A stretch of DNA of 64,000 nucleotides from Minutocellus sp. GHC0000111 (GCA_977018835.1 OZ361256.1:372001-436000), one strand, 5' to 3'. Shown: positions 47,088-60,134, counted from the first letter of the stretch. Numbers and translations: made by a program. Notes: generated from the sequence alone by a model not told the origin.

Positions 47088-50000
47088 ATGAACTACGACG
47101 ACGACGAGCACGACGACGACGAATGCTTCGCCGACACGCAGGAGGTGAGTTTCCTGGTGGTATCTGGAAAAAGCAGCACGTCATGTGCATTTTTTGAATG
47201 AATCTCCATCGGCGGCAAGGCAAAAATTTTCGCATTGGCACGTGCAATGCAACCGATCGGATGGAAGTGCAGAGTGTGATCGTTTGGCATGCAGAACTTT
47301 GTTATGGATGCAATTTACAAACTGCGCATTTAACATTGCACATATAACATCTTTTGGGAATATACCGGTATCTAACTTTATTTTCTCTTCAATTCACATT
47401 CCAATTTTCCACCGATCGACCCGCCCACCCGCCCCGCCCTCCCTCGACCATCCCCAAAAACAACAGACCATGACGCAGAACGAGCTGACCCAAATGGCCG
47501 ACTCTCTCGACGACAGCGCTTCGTTTCTATCCCCGTCGATCGGAAGCAAATCACGTCAGCGCGAAGAAAGTCCTCCGAGGATCAATCTCCGAAATGTTCC
47601 CTGGGCCCGTCTCATCCCGTGCAGCGAGTTGGGCAACGCCTGTGTTAGGATTGGTGCCGTGGCAGCCGCTGGTTTGCAGGGTGCGGCTGGCGGTGGTGAC
47701 AATAGCGGCGTAAATAGTGGTAATAGTCCAGCAGGTCCAAATGTAGACGGCGGGTATTGCAGGAATGATGCCACGGGATTGACGCTGTATCCGCGCGATC
47801 CTCTAACCGCACCAGCAGCAGCACATCAACCAGATTCCAACATCACCCCGACCAAGCGCAACCCACCCGGTCGGACCTTTTTGGGTCTGCACAATCTGCA
47901 ACCCTCGGACAGATTCAACGAATTCACCGTCGGTCGGAGCATGAAGTGCGACCTGATCGCCAAGGTCCAACCGAAGGAGTTGCCCGATGGGTATGAAGTG
48001 AATTCCGAAGCAGATCGACACCGTGCGGCAGCCGCCAAGAAGCGCGATCGAAACTCGGATTGGGTCCATTCCACCATCTCCAACAAGCATTGCAAGATCT
48101 TCTGTCACTTAAAGTCCAATGGAAAGGGTGGCGGCGGTGGCAACATGGGTGGCGGTGGCGGAGCTGGCCGCGGACACTTTGCCGGCATTGCCAATCAGGG
48201 CGAAGAGATGGAGGTGTACATTGAGGATACGTCCGGGAATGGCACGGCGATTAACAACACCACGGTCCTGCGGAGGGGGGAACGGCGGGTGTTGCACACG
48301 GGCGATGAGATTTGTCTGATCAATCCCGATACCATGCGGAAGCAGTCCAATGCCATCGGTGCCGAGGAGCAAAGCCGGCTGGTCAAGCATTACAGCTATA
48401 TTTTTGTCAATCTCTACCAGCAGAGGGGGCAGCATACCCTGGCGCTTGGTGGGGAGTTTGGTGTGCGAGGTACCGTCCAGGCCAGCGGTGGCGGTGGTAG
48501 CAATCGTCGGGCGGTTTATAATAGCGGTGGCAAGGTGACGCCCAAGCCGGCCGGTACCAGCGCCGGTGGAGTGAGCAGCAGCGCCAAGCGGAGGGGCGTC
48601 GTCGACGTTCGGGCCATCAAGACCAGTCAGGACATGGATGATCGGGCAGCGATGCCCCCACCGTCGGCGCAACGAAAGGCCGGTGCTAGTGGAGGAGGCG
48701 GCGGCGCAAATGGCAAATTGTTCTCGGCGGTGATGAACCAAGCCTCATCGGCGGGAGAGAAGCGAAGTCGGCAGCTTGCCCAAGCGCAGGCACAGAATCA
48801 GTCGCAGACTCAAGCCCAAGCACAAAAATATCCACAGCAGCAACCGCAGCAGCCACCACGACCCCGTCTGGTCCAGGACCACTACGACGTTCGTGACCAT
48901 CTCGGCTCGGGAACATGCGGCGAGGTCCGACGGGCCATTCATCGTCGCACTGGTCGTGAGTACGCCATCAAGATCATTCCCACGTCCAACCGTGGAGGTC
49001 GGATGGCTGCCATGAAGTTACAGATGTCCGATGCCGCCATCAAGGCCGAGGCTGCGATTCTCCAGGCTCTGGACCATCCCTACATTGTCAAGCTTGCCGA
49101 TGTCTTTGTGGCGCCGAATCAGGCCGTGTACCTGGTGATGGAACTGCTCCATGGAGGCGATTTGTTCGATCGGATTGTTGAGAAGGAACGATATGAGGAG
49201 GCCGAGGCCCGGAAGGTAATGCGCCGCATCCTGGCAGCTTTGCACTACCTGCATGAGACCAAGGAAATATGCCACCGTGATTTGAAGCCAGAGAATATCT
49301 TAATGGTTGGACACGCCGATGACGTTACCGTCAAGCTGACGGATTTTGGCCTTGCCAAGAGCGTGACTGAGGAAGGACTGAAGACCTTTTGCGGTACTCC
49401 ATCTTACATCGCCCCGGAAGTTCTAAAGCGCCGTCATACCGTCGCTGGACAGGGCCGGTACGGCAAGGAAGCCGACATGTGGTCTATCGGGGTCATCCTC
49501 TACATCCTCCTGTCTGGAACGCCGCCATTCGATACGAGCGGGTTGATTGACAATGTGTTCGATGCGAGAATCTCATTTGACGACGATCGTGGTTGGTACG
49601 GTGTGTCCGATGAGGCCAAGGACCTTGTCCATCGTCTTTTGGTGAACAATCCCGTCCAGCGTCTATCTGTGTCCGATGCCTGCAATCATACGTGGATTCT
49701 TCAGGAGGATGGCGATACGCATTGCTACCCGCTCGATGATCCTGCCTTGAAGGGGGTTGAACGTCCGAAGCCCAAGCCCAAGCCAGCGCCGGCGGCGGCA
49801 TCTAACCTGGGCCTTCGCAATACCACCGCATCGGGCACCAAGCACTCTGAAGTCCGACAAAGCCGCCTGCAATTCAGCCAAAGCAGTACGTCAAGTTCAT
49901 CAAATCCAACCCCGCCCCAATCAAACACCACACAAAAATCTTCCAAGGCTTCGTCCCAGCAGCAGACGCCGGCCCGTCGAATGAAGCAAGAGCGACTCAA

Positions 50001-50760
50001 GCCCATTCCCATCCTCAAGAGTGCTACCAAGGCCAAGAGGCCAAAGAAGAAGCAGGCCGCTTTGTCGATTATCGAAGAAGAATCCGCTCGACCATCACCA
50101 CGAAGCATTACCGGAGCCAACTCCAGTGCCGACGAATCAAGTGCAATCGATACAACTACATCTTCCAAGACAACACGTCCAACAAGTGAGCTTCCCGACG
50201 ATGAAATCCTGTCCGACTTTAGCGACGAGGAGGACGGCGCCGAAGCAATAAGCAAGAACAATACTTCGATGAAACCCAATACAAATGCCGATCCAATCAA
50301 GAGTAGTACCGCCCCAGGCCCTACAAACAACCAGAACGAGAAGGAAACTTCCACCTCCAAGACCAAATCTAGCCAAACGCTCGTTCAAAAGACACTTGAT
50401 GGGAAGACCGCTCCTTCTCTTGCGCATAGTGATGCCGGTCTTGCTCGTTCCGGGTCCACCAATAGTACCGCCAGTACAAGCTCTGCACCTGGAAAAAGGA
50501 AACGTTGGAACGATACCGCCGATCCAAATACACCGTCTACGTCAACCGATGCCCCCTTAAGCGAAGGATCAAAGAAGATCCAGCGAACCCTCTTTGGCAA
50601 GGTCGCATCGCCACAACCAGCGTTGGAAGTGACTGATAACGCTGATACTACAGATGATGAGAAGGTTGGTGGCAATAGCAGCGCGGACAATGCACCCGAA
50701 GGAGGAAACGGTGCAAAGAAGCAAAAGACTCTCGCGAGTTGGTTCAATAAGGGAAAGTGA
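47088..50760 (+). CDS. CHK2: CHK2/Rad53/Cds1-like checkpoint kinase (TQ cluster + FHA + CAMK-type kinase), 2 exons
   Basis: Exon 1 47088-47144, intron to 47466. N-terminal DTQETMTQNELTQ; FHA motifs VGRS, ISNKHC and DTSGNGT; kinase motifs LGSGTCGEV, HRDLKPEN, DFG, FCGTPSYIAPE and DMWSIG. Confidence 0.85.
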
Positions 50761-51015
50761 TTTCATAGGCCCTTCTTACTCTCAGCAGCCTTCCCTTAAC
50801 ACTAATCTAAATCGCAAGAAGTCGCAAGAGCTTTTTCATGTACACAACGCCATTTTACTTTTATTCTTCTAAATGCTACAAATAGTATTGAATCATCGAA
50901 GCTATCAAAGCAAAGCAAACGAAAAGGAAAGTGCATGCTAATTTTTCATCATCGGCCAAGAAGAAGGAGCCCCCATACGCTCCACAAAGCCATAGCACAG
51001 GGACCGACCGGCGCT

Positions 51016-54000
51016 TTAGGCGAGGTAGTTGTACTGGTTGGTATTGTCCTTGGCGCGTTCGAGGTACTCTCGGTCGATGAGAGCCTCGATTCTCTTTTTG
51101 ATTGCACGGGGGTTGGGCTTGAAAAAGGCCAGCTGAGAGAGGACCTCGGCGATGAGCTGCTGGTGCTGGAGGGTCTTGTGAGCCTTCATGATACGGACGA
51201 TGGCAGCCTCGATGGCGATGGTACGGTCCTCCTCGACGCGCTTGGTGTTGTGGGAGGCATCGAGGGAGGCCATAGGGATACGGAGCTTGCGCATGTTGCT
51301 GCTGAACTTGGCGTTGGCCTTGAAGCTGTCGGTGGTGTTGATCTTGTTGCTGGCCGGAGTCTTGGTGATGACCTTGTACTTGCCGCACGAGAGGGAGTGC
51401 ATGAGAGGCTTGAGGACGCTCTCCTCGAGGTTGCGCTTCTCGGCGAGCTCGGTGAAGGTGAGGGACTTGCCGCCGCTGAGGGCGTTGAGGGCGACGGCCT
51501 GGAGGGTAGTCACCTGCATGTCGTAGGACTTCTTGCCGAAGGTACCACGGACGTTGGCATTTCCGAGGGAGTGGATCCACGAAAGCTTGCGCTTGGCGTG
51601 CTTGTTGTCATGCCACTCCTTGAAGATGCCCATGCAAGTGGACATATTCTCGGGAAGAACGACCTCGGGGCTCTTGTAGGTGGGCCAGAAACCGGTGGTG
51701 AGGACCTGGACGGAGAAGTCGAGCTTGGTGTTGCTCTGCTTGAGCTTGGCGTCGAACTCGGTCTTCTGGTCGCTGCCGATGGCCAGATCGGCCAGCATAC
51801 CCTCCATCTTCGATGTGAAGTGGGTACCGCACTGCATCTTGAGCTTCGAGATCATGGTCTTCTCGGCATCGTCGCTGGCCGATCGCTGGTTGAGCAGGCG
51901 CTTTGCAAGCTGGTTGCGGTAGATCTCGGCGAACAGATCCTTATCGGTCAGATACGAGAAAAGCTGGACGATGCGTTCCAAGTTCTGCTCGACCTCCTGC
52001 TCGGACAGCTTCTCACCGCCGCTCTTGAGAACGCGATCACAGAAGGTGGACATGAGCTCGGCGTTGGTGAACTGGCCAACATTCTTGTTGACAATCTCCT
52101 GGAAGGCATCCTTGAGGGCCTTCTGGAACAGGGAATGGCCGGAGAACTCCGACTTGATGACGCCGAGGTACTTCTCGTGAAGCTCGATGAGAGCCTTGAC
52201 AAACTTGGGATCGTCATTCTTGTCCTTCTCAGTTTCCAATCGAGCCTTGCGCTTGTCGATGATCTCATTGCCCATCGAGGTGATGAACTTCTCCACCATA
52301 TCGGCCAGTGGGGGCAGACCCTTCTCCAGCCGGGAGAAGAGGTTGAACATCCGCCGGAGGTCCTCGAACTTGTCATTGGCCAGCAGGACGCGGCATCCTG
52401 ACCCCTCCTTCTCCAGAAGCTGCATCTGAACCTTCTCGAGAAGCTCCTCCTCCAGGACGCGCTGGATCTTGGTCTCGGACGCGCTGTTGAGGTAGTCGGC
52501 GACGCGGGTCTTCTCGTCTCCGAGGGCCTTCTCGGTCTTGATGAGGTAATCGGGGGTCGAGTCCTGAACGATCCACTCGTCGCGCTTCTTCACATAGTAC
52601 TCCCGGGTGGAATTGAGCAGCGGCACCTCGAGGTCGACCGTGTAGGCGTCGAGGCTGCTCATGCCCATGGCCTCGTACAGCTCGACGATGGACTTGACGA
52701 GGGTCTTGTCGATGATTTCCCCCTCGCGTTCGTCGTCGATCAGCTTGAGGATGGCCTTGGTGGTTTCCGGCTTCATCTCGTCGTAAATTTGCGTCTTGAA
52801 ATGCTTGAGTCCGGCCTGGTTGAGGGTGGGGAGGCTGTGATGCTTGACGTAGTACCGGTCGAGGTAGGTGAAGAATTTCTTGAGCCACTTGTTCATGATC
52901 TGGTGGTTGGACCAGCGGTACTGCAGCTCGGTGAGGAGGATGGTCCCGCCCTGGCCGACCTTGTCCTGCAGGGCCGGACGGACGGTCTTGACCAGGTAGT
53001 TCTCGATGGTTTCCCCGTGACGTTGGTAGAGATCTCTTGACCAGTTGTACGGAGAGCGCTGGGTGCACATGTCGTAGCAGGTGCTGTTGTAAGTGGGAGG
53101 AAAATTGGGGGGTGCAAGGAGATGAGCATGAGTCGGCCGTTTAGAAGATATACATCAACGCCATCATTCGGACCCCGAAAATAATACACAAATCAAGGGC
53201 ATAAAATACAACTTTTCCCAGAAGATAATAAACTCACGTGTAGATCTGCACATACTCCTTGGCGGCGAACATGTTCTGCTTGCCCTCCTGAAGACCATTG
53301 TCGAGCATGTCCTCAAGGACGTCGATCGCCTTTTGGTGTGGCACATCATCAATCATATATGGATGTTCAAGGAAATGAGGACGCGGTTGGAATGTATGTT
53401 AGACCGAAATGAATGAAATGGAAAGAAGAATGCAGGTGGTTGCGAGTGATGCGCAAGGAGCTGCTCGAAAGTACCGACTGCCGGGGGTACGTAGCTTCAC
53501 CGTACGGGCAGGGTTGTGAGATTGCCTCGCCGATCCGCGCTTTGGGATTGATCGGTATGCCGCCCGAGCGCTTGGGCGGGCACACGGCGCTCGATGAATC
53601 ATATTCCAATCTCAACCTCCTTCCCTCGGCCGATACCACCACAAGCTGAAGCACCGACACCGATCGGCCCGCCGCCATCCGATTGTCCCGATTGCGACGC
53701 TGCATGCAGCCAAAGGCAACATTTGATCATCTTTGGGCTGGCGGTCCCCGATCTTGAACAGGCCCTGGCTCGGGAGGGCCAAGGCGTCAGAGTAGTCCGA
53801 CGATGTACTTATCAGGCTCGGCCAGCGCTGCGTGATCCACCCATCACACCGCCCGGCCGGTTCTGCTTAGATGGATATTCCACGGAACTGCGCTGCCTGC
53901 ATCGGAACATCCTCGTCCCCGCTCAGCAGGGGCATCGATCGTTCGGCCTTGATTTTGGATGCAGAGGCGCGCACGCGTGCGGTCTTGGTCGGGAGCGGCC

Positions 54001-54281
54001 AGTAAGCCTTCAACCACCCAAATGGATCGGCGGCCGTCCTAAAATCAATACACACGAAGCCAATAAGCACGGCGCGAAGGGCAAGACCGCCGCAGCTGCA
54101 GCAACCGCCGACCCCCCGGCGTTTCCCGCCATCTTCTCGTGGCTGCGGGACCAAAACCCTCGGCTGGGCCTGCCGACCCTCCTCAATAATAAATTGGAAC
54201 GTTTCGACTCACCTTCTTCTTGATCTCCTCGTTCCAACCCTCCTCGAGGGTGATGATCTTGGGGGTGGACGCGGTCGCCAT
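51016..54281 (-). CDS. CUL1: Cullin-1, 3 exons (742 aa)
   Basis: Exons 54281-54213, 53329-53238 and 53083-51016 (2229 nt, in frame). Motifs YTTCYDMCTQ, FFTYLDRYYV, DKDLFAEIYRNQLAKRLL and the neddylation region IEAAIVRIMK...IEALIDREYLER...YNYLA. Confidence 0.95.
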
Positions 54282-54768
54282 GATTTCTGCTTGCGATTTG
54301 GGGATTGGATTAGCCTTGCGTATCGGAAGAGGAAAATGAGCTGGATGCGTCGATTGATTCGAATGAGTCAAAATTGGGAGAAACCCGAAGTTCGATGTTG
54401 GCGTCCCCGCATCTTCCGCCTCAATATCAGCCAAGCGCCCCGTTAGTTTGCAAGTTGGCGAGCGAGTTGGCGGCGGCGGCGGCGGCGGCGCAGAGCAAAT
54501 CAAGAAGGCGTCAACAAGATGCTCTGCCTGCAATACCGCAGATTGCCTCATTATTATTGAAGAGCTAATCGATCCATCACCTTTTCGACTTCTACTGCAA
54601 ACCTCTGCACATTGTCTGGTGTACATCATCCCTCAATACCATTTATTTACGTGTCTTCTCGTGCGCTACAAATCGATCGAGCGAGACGATCCAATATTTG
54701 AGAACCCTAGCTAGAGCTGACCGCGCGCTGAAATTGCATGAAAGTGCAACAGCCCTGATAGAATCACC

Positions 54769-56069
54769 ATGGACGAAAAAGATTGCAAACCACCGGCCGC
54801 CAAGAAGGCGCGCATAGTTTCTGCAGCCAAAGGCAGTGCCGTTGGCCCAGCCGGGAACAAAATCAGTGCGCACATTCTACCACCCGAATGCTTCGGCCAT
54901 GCTCTGAGCTTCCTCCCCTACTCGGACGTAAGATCGGCATCGAGAACGGGACGTTATCTTGCCTTCCAAGCCGCCAGGGAAGTAGATACGATCAATATTT
55001 ACTCTCCACGAGAGATGAATGCCCGGGCTGGATTCAAACGCTTCCCGAATGTGACGCAAGTCAATATCTTTTGTCTGCAAAATCGAAGCGGCTACATAAA
55101 CGATTCTCGAGACTTTCCTCCCGTCTACCCGGCGTCCGAAATATCCAAGGAGGCAGCCGAACGGACCGTTCTATTCCTGGGCACATTTCCTGATCTAAAG
55201 GGCACATATATTGGGGGTACCATTGAAGAGTGGGATCGAAAATTGCAAAAATTGACGGTGAAAGAATGTCCTGTCAGTGTTTTTGGTTCAAGTATTGATC
55301 GCCACAATTTCAATAAGTCAAAGAACAAGACAATGAATTCGCTAATGGCAAATATGTGCAGCGCCTTTAAGGTCGGCGCTTTGCCCTCGAACCTAAAAAT
55401 TGATGGGCTGGTGAAAATGGGACTTGCGGCTGATACCTCTTATGTGTGCCCTGTAGCCATGATAGATTCCGATCGACGAAATGATGGTGGTTGCGAGCTC
55501 TGTCGAAGCATCTGCCAAAATTCCCAATCTATTCAGTTTGTGAGCTTGAAAACTTTGCTCCATATCGTCAGGCGTTGAGGCGCGACTTCTGCATTGGCGA
55601 AACTAGCAAGCTCGACATTTTGAGAAAGCGCAGTGGATGGAAAGAATATACATCTAAATTCTGTGTACCTCTCGAGATGGCTCTCAGAAATTCCTTCATC
55701 CATGCCCATGTAGACAAATTTTTCAACGCCCCTAAACGTGACGTGGCAATTGCGTTTAAGCGGGACTTGGTTCGAAGAAGGATTCCGTTTCAAGTCTATT
55801 CTTTGCTCCAAAATTATACTCTTCGCGGTCCTGCTTGTGAAGCGTTTCTCAGTCATGTGATCTCAAGATACGGGTTCAGACCAGGCCTTATAGATCCCTC
55901 GGACCTTGCAGAAATGATAGGTGAGGGGGAATCGTACAAAGTTGTAAAGAAAGAGCGAACCCGGTCTCATGCTAAAGTACTTGTTGATACTAGAACCTTT
56001 GGGATACTCTCTTCTCTCGGATTCAATGTGGAGAACTTGATTGTCGTGGACAAAGATCGCCAAGCGTAA
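54769..56069 (+). CDS. F-box protein (one frameshift near 55520)
   Basis: HILPPECFGHALSFLPYSDVRSA is an F-box. ORFs 54769..55578 and 55491..56069 join at CELCRSICQ/(K)FPIY at an A-run. Confidence 0.7.
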
Positions 56070-56756
56070 ACCAGACTTTTGATAAGTCTATTCTCAATTA
56101 AAAATCTACTGCGCTTGCATCAATAAATTATGTGTGTATTCTATCATCACACAAGTTGTCAACACTTCAATCTCGACATTAAATCGATCAACCCGTGAAC
56201 ACTTGAAGTAGCCACAAAGATTGCTTCATATCTCCCAAAGGCTGCCAATATTATCGAAGATTCCTTGTTTTCCGATATAACAGACACATGGGCTGTTACA
56301 TGCATTTTATAATATCGTACAAAAATGCCCTTCCTGATCTGCGCCTGGTCGTACACCACTTTCGTTGATACAATTTTTATTCATGGAACGTACCAGTATT
56401 CACACGAAACATCCCCGGATAGAGGCTACTTGTAAAGTTAGTCGGCAATTGCACTGAACCGACGTTCAATCGCCAAGTTTGGCTAACTTTTCTAGAATTG
56501 TAGGAGAGTGTAGAGGCATCTTGTTGATCAGATGCGCTTTAGCTACATGTAGTCAATCAGTAGTAGCTACGATGACATAGCAAAAGAGAGACTAATTTTA
56601 GCCCAGTCGGTGGTACATGTAGATAGTAGCCAGGGTTAGATCAAAGATACGGTGCCAACTCTCACCATCGATTTGTAAATCGATTGATTCGAATCAGTCA
56701 GAAAATTCGTTCCACATCCCCAAGTCGCATGTCGTCAGCATTTCAAGCCATGCTAG

Positions 56757-57077
56757 CTACTTCCTTCCCATATCATATTGCCATATTTCTCCCCTCTCCT
56801 CGCTCTGGGCCGCTTCTTGTTCCTTTCGGAAGGTTTGAAAGTTCTGGTCCATGTGCTGATAGATAAAGAAATCCCTCCCAGGGCATCTTCCACCAGCCAA
56901 GTACCGGCAGACCTTCTTGAGCTCATTGAGAGAATCCTGGTCCCCAGCTTTGGCCGCGGCCATCCAATGACAAATACCTCTAATCTCGTGGTTGCTTGCC
57001 AAAATGTCGAGCGATTTTTGAATGCCACCCTCTGCTGCAAATCTTACAGGGACGGATGCATTCCAACGCCGTGGCAA
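56757..57077 (-). pseudogene. Relic C-terminal fragment of a Sel1-repeat protein (paralog of 60029-61030)
   Basis: GICHWMAAAKAGDQDSLNELKK parallels GIRHWKIAAEAGDEDAFNALKR. No RING domain or valid start. Confidence 0.65.
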
Positions 57078-57412
57078 TGTGTTGCATCGTCTTAGTCAGG
57101 TACGTCTTGTGTTCATTTTCCAACCCAAGGGCATGTCAATTCGTAGCGATACACGAACTGACCGCGCATGTTACAGTCCGTACTCCAGCCATATGTCGAA
57201 TTCGTAATGAGCAAAATATGTAGCTAGCTCTACAGTAGCTACTAGGCCTACTACGTACTGTAGCTAGCTAGAGGTGGGGAGCATAAGCCCCCTGACAGCT
57301 TCCCTAACGGAAACCAACGATATTATTTATTTGAGAAGCTCGAGATTCTCGTCTCCGAGTTCAAGAACTTTCACATACCCTTTCTCTTTTCATATTATTC
57401 CCAGAACAAATA

Positions 57413-58708
57413 ATGAAGATTCATCTCCTGATTGTATTGGGCATGATGCTCGTCGTCAATGTTCTTGGCAACTGCGAAAAGGGCGACTACAGTACCTGTG
57501 TGAACGGGGGAGATTGTACCCGAAAGTTCAAAGGAGATACGTGCGAGTAAGTCCATGTGCGAGTTCGGTTGACTGGATTGGTTTCTTCTTCGTCGGTCGA
57601 ACTACTTCTTCTCTAACATCGCACATATGCATACGCTCTTATCTCCTGGAAACTAATCCTCAGGGAATGCTGCGATGAAGTCGCTCCTGCGCCTAGGAGA
57701 GACATGTGCAAGGACCGTTGCGAAGATGACGACGACGATGCGAAGTGCAGCATGGGCGGTAACCAGGATTTCCTGGACGACGTCGTTAGCTGTTTGGACA
57801 ACAAAAAGAAGTACGGTCTGAGTTGCTATGAGTGCGAGTAAGTCTTCTGTCGTATGTGTCTATGCATAGAGTTAAGTTGTATTTTTGAACTAACGAGCTA
57901 TCGTTGCCTTACTTCCATTATTGCATCGTTGCTGATCGCAGGGGATGCTGCAAGGCAGCATGCGAAGACGCCAAGCCTGGCTGCGGTGGTGCCTCCCCCA
58001 GTGCTTGTAGGGACAGATGCGAGTACAGGCGTTGCCGCGACGTTTGCCGCGGTGGAGATGACGACGACGATGACGACGACGATACCACCAGCACCACCTT
58101 TTCGTCCAGTGATCAGACCCGCAAGTGCAGCAACAAGGATAGCGAGGATTCGTGCGAGTGAGTATTGCCGATTGATTCGTTCGTTTATGTGTTCAATCAA
58201 ATACACATCTTCTCATCACAAATCCAACCCCTTCTTCTATTGCACTTCCTTTCTATTGCAGGAGCTGCTGCGAGAACAAATGTTCCAACAAGAGCAACTC
58301 CGATGATCAGCTCGATGATTGTAAAGAAGATTGTATTCACGAAGCTGACTGCAGCGAGGCTTCTAGTGATGGAGGAAGCTGCGATGATAAGATCGAAGAG
58401 TGCTGCTATTGCTTGGAGGACGATTGCGATGTTGAAAGCGATGACTCTCCCAGCAAGGTGAGAAGTATTTCAATATGTAATATTTGCGCAACACATGTGC
58501 GCGAGTTCCTCATCAACTCTTCCGTCTCTCACACTGTGATCCTCCCTTCCTCTCCTCATTTTCATGCTACGAACCTGTATCTCAGAATAAAAAGGAATGC
58601 ATCAACCACAAATGCAAGGATGAGTGCAAGGACGCCGGCGACTGCGAGTACAACAGTAGAAGCAGGTGGAAGAAGGTAATTAAACAGAAGTGCGATGTTC
58701 GCTGGTAA
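57413..58708 (+). CDS. Secreted cysteine-rich, acidic modular protein (280 aa, ~38 Cys), 5 exons, family unknown
   Basis: Exons 57413-57546, 57664-57837, 57942-58157, 58262-58457 and 58586-58708 (843 nt). All introns are GT..AG, and the spliced frame is open. Signal peptide MKIHLLIVLGMMLVVNVLG. Confidence 0.85.
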
Positions 58709-59408
58709 GTGACCATGGGCGATTGTTGCATTTTGCAACATAGATTCATCAATAAATCGAGCTACATGGGAATTAATTGAACAGTGCCGATACCATGAGA
58801 GAGGGAGAGGAAATTAATAAGTAAGCACCACCAAAATAACATCTGGAGAGAGAGCAAAAAACATGGGAATTAATTCAACAGTACCATGGAGGAGATTACT
58901 AAGTGCCGCTGAAAGATCTCCAGATAGATTAAATAATTTAATTAAAAAAACGGAACCACTTTGGGATTGGGTAGGAATTCCTAAGTTACAGTAGCGGCTG
59001 TCGTCCGACACGCAAGCAAGCAGACAGCAGGACAGAAAAAATGAGGCCGATGCTGCAGACCTGCTGGGAGTCGACTCATTCGAGTGAGTCAAAATGGAAC
59101 CTGAAGCGTCGCGTTTTCTCCTCTCGCTCGGGCGGGCAAGATGGATGCGGCGGATCAAAGCCAAGCAAAGCGACAAGAAGTCCACACTGTGCGTCGCGGA
59201 GGAATTGATCACTCTACCACATATATCCAAGACAACATTCCAGCTGAATTCCCGGCCCCGAAATTGCTTTATTTGTTTTGATTAACGCCGACTGAACCGA
59301 TCCGTATCTTTCGCTCTACTTTGCAGGGGCATAAATCGATTGTTTTGATTATTCCTCGCGGCTACGCAGAGCCTTCGCACTTGCCACATCCTGGACTGAC
59401 CCGCTACA

Positions 59409-60134
59409 TTGGTGAACAACTGCTGCGCAACACAACATGCGACAAATCCGAAGGAGACGACACGAAGCTGCTCCTATGCTCCATCTGTCACAAGTCGTAC
59501 TGCAGCCGCGACTGCCAGGCAAAAGACTTTGCCGCCCACAAACCGTCGTGCAAAGAACATGGAGTGCGCGAACTCCTCCAGGCCATTGGTGACAACGACG
59601 CGGCCAAGGTTCGACGTTTGGCCAAGATCAAGTATGTACTGAATGGCAAGGTCGACTACGCGGTACCGACCGACGATGAGGATCACATCCTCGAGCAGTG
59701 GACAGCCCTCCATCAGTGCATCCGGCAGAAAAGGTGCGACCTGCTTCGCATCCTCTGCGCCGCGCCGGGAGTCAAGGTGGATAGCAAGGATGGCGATGGA
59801 GAAACCCCACTGTTCGTAGCTTCCACAACCAGTGATATCAACATTTTGAAGGTGTTGGTCTCATCAGGGGGCCAACGTCAACGCAATGGCGGGGGATGGT
59901 TGGACGGCCTTGATGATGGCGGCGCGAGATGGATATTACGACCACGCCGAGCTGCTCCTCAAGGCGGGAGCCGATTTATATTTGGGACGCGACATGTTTG
60001 GACGGACTTGCATGGATTTGGTAGCAAGTCAGGCGACCGGACAGATGGGCCTTCGATTGCGAGATGGGAACGAGACTATTGAGGAGGCCAAAGCCAGACA
60101 CATGCACATGCTATCGATGCTGGAGAGGTACTGA
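59409..60134 (+). pseudogene. MYND zinc finger + ankyrin-repeat protein, copy 1 (damaged start, frameshift near 59870)
   Basis: CC...C...CSICHKSYCSRDCQAKDFAAHKPSC is a MYND finger; ankyrin motifs WTALH, GETPLF and GWTALM. Start reads attggtgaac where the paralog has atggtgaag, and there is an extra G in a G-run. Confidence 0.75.
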
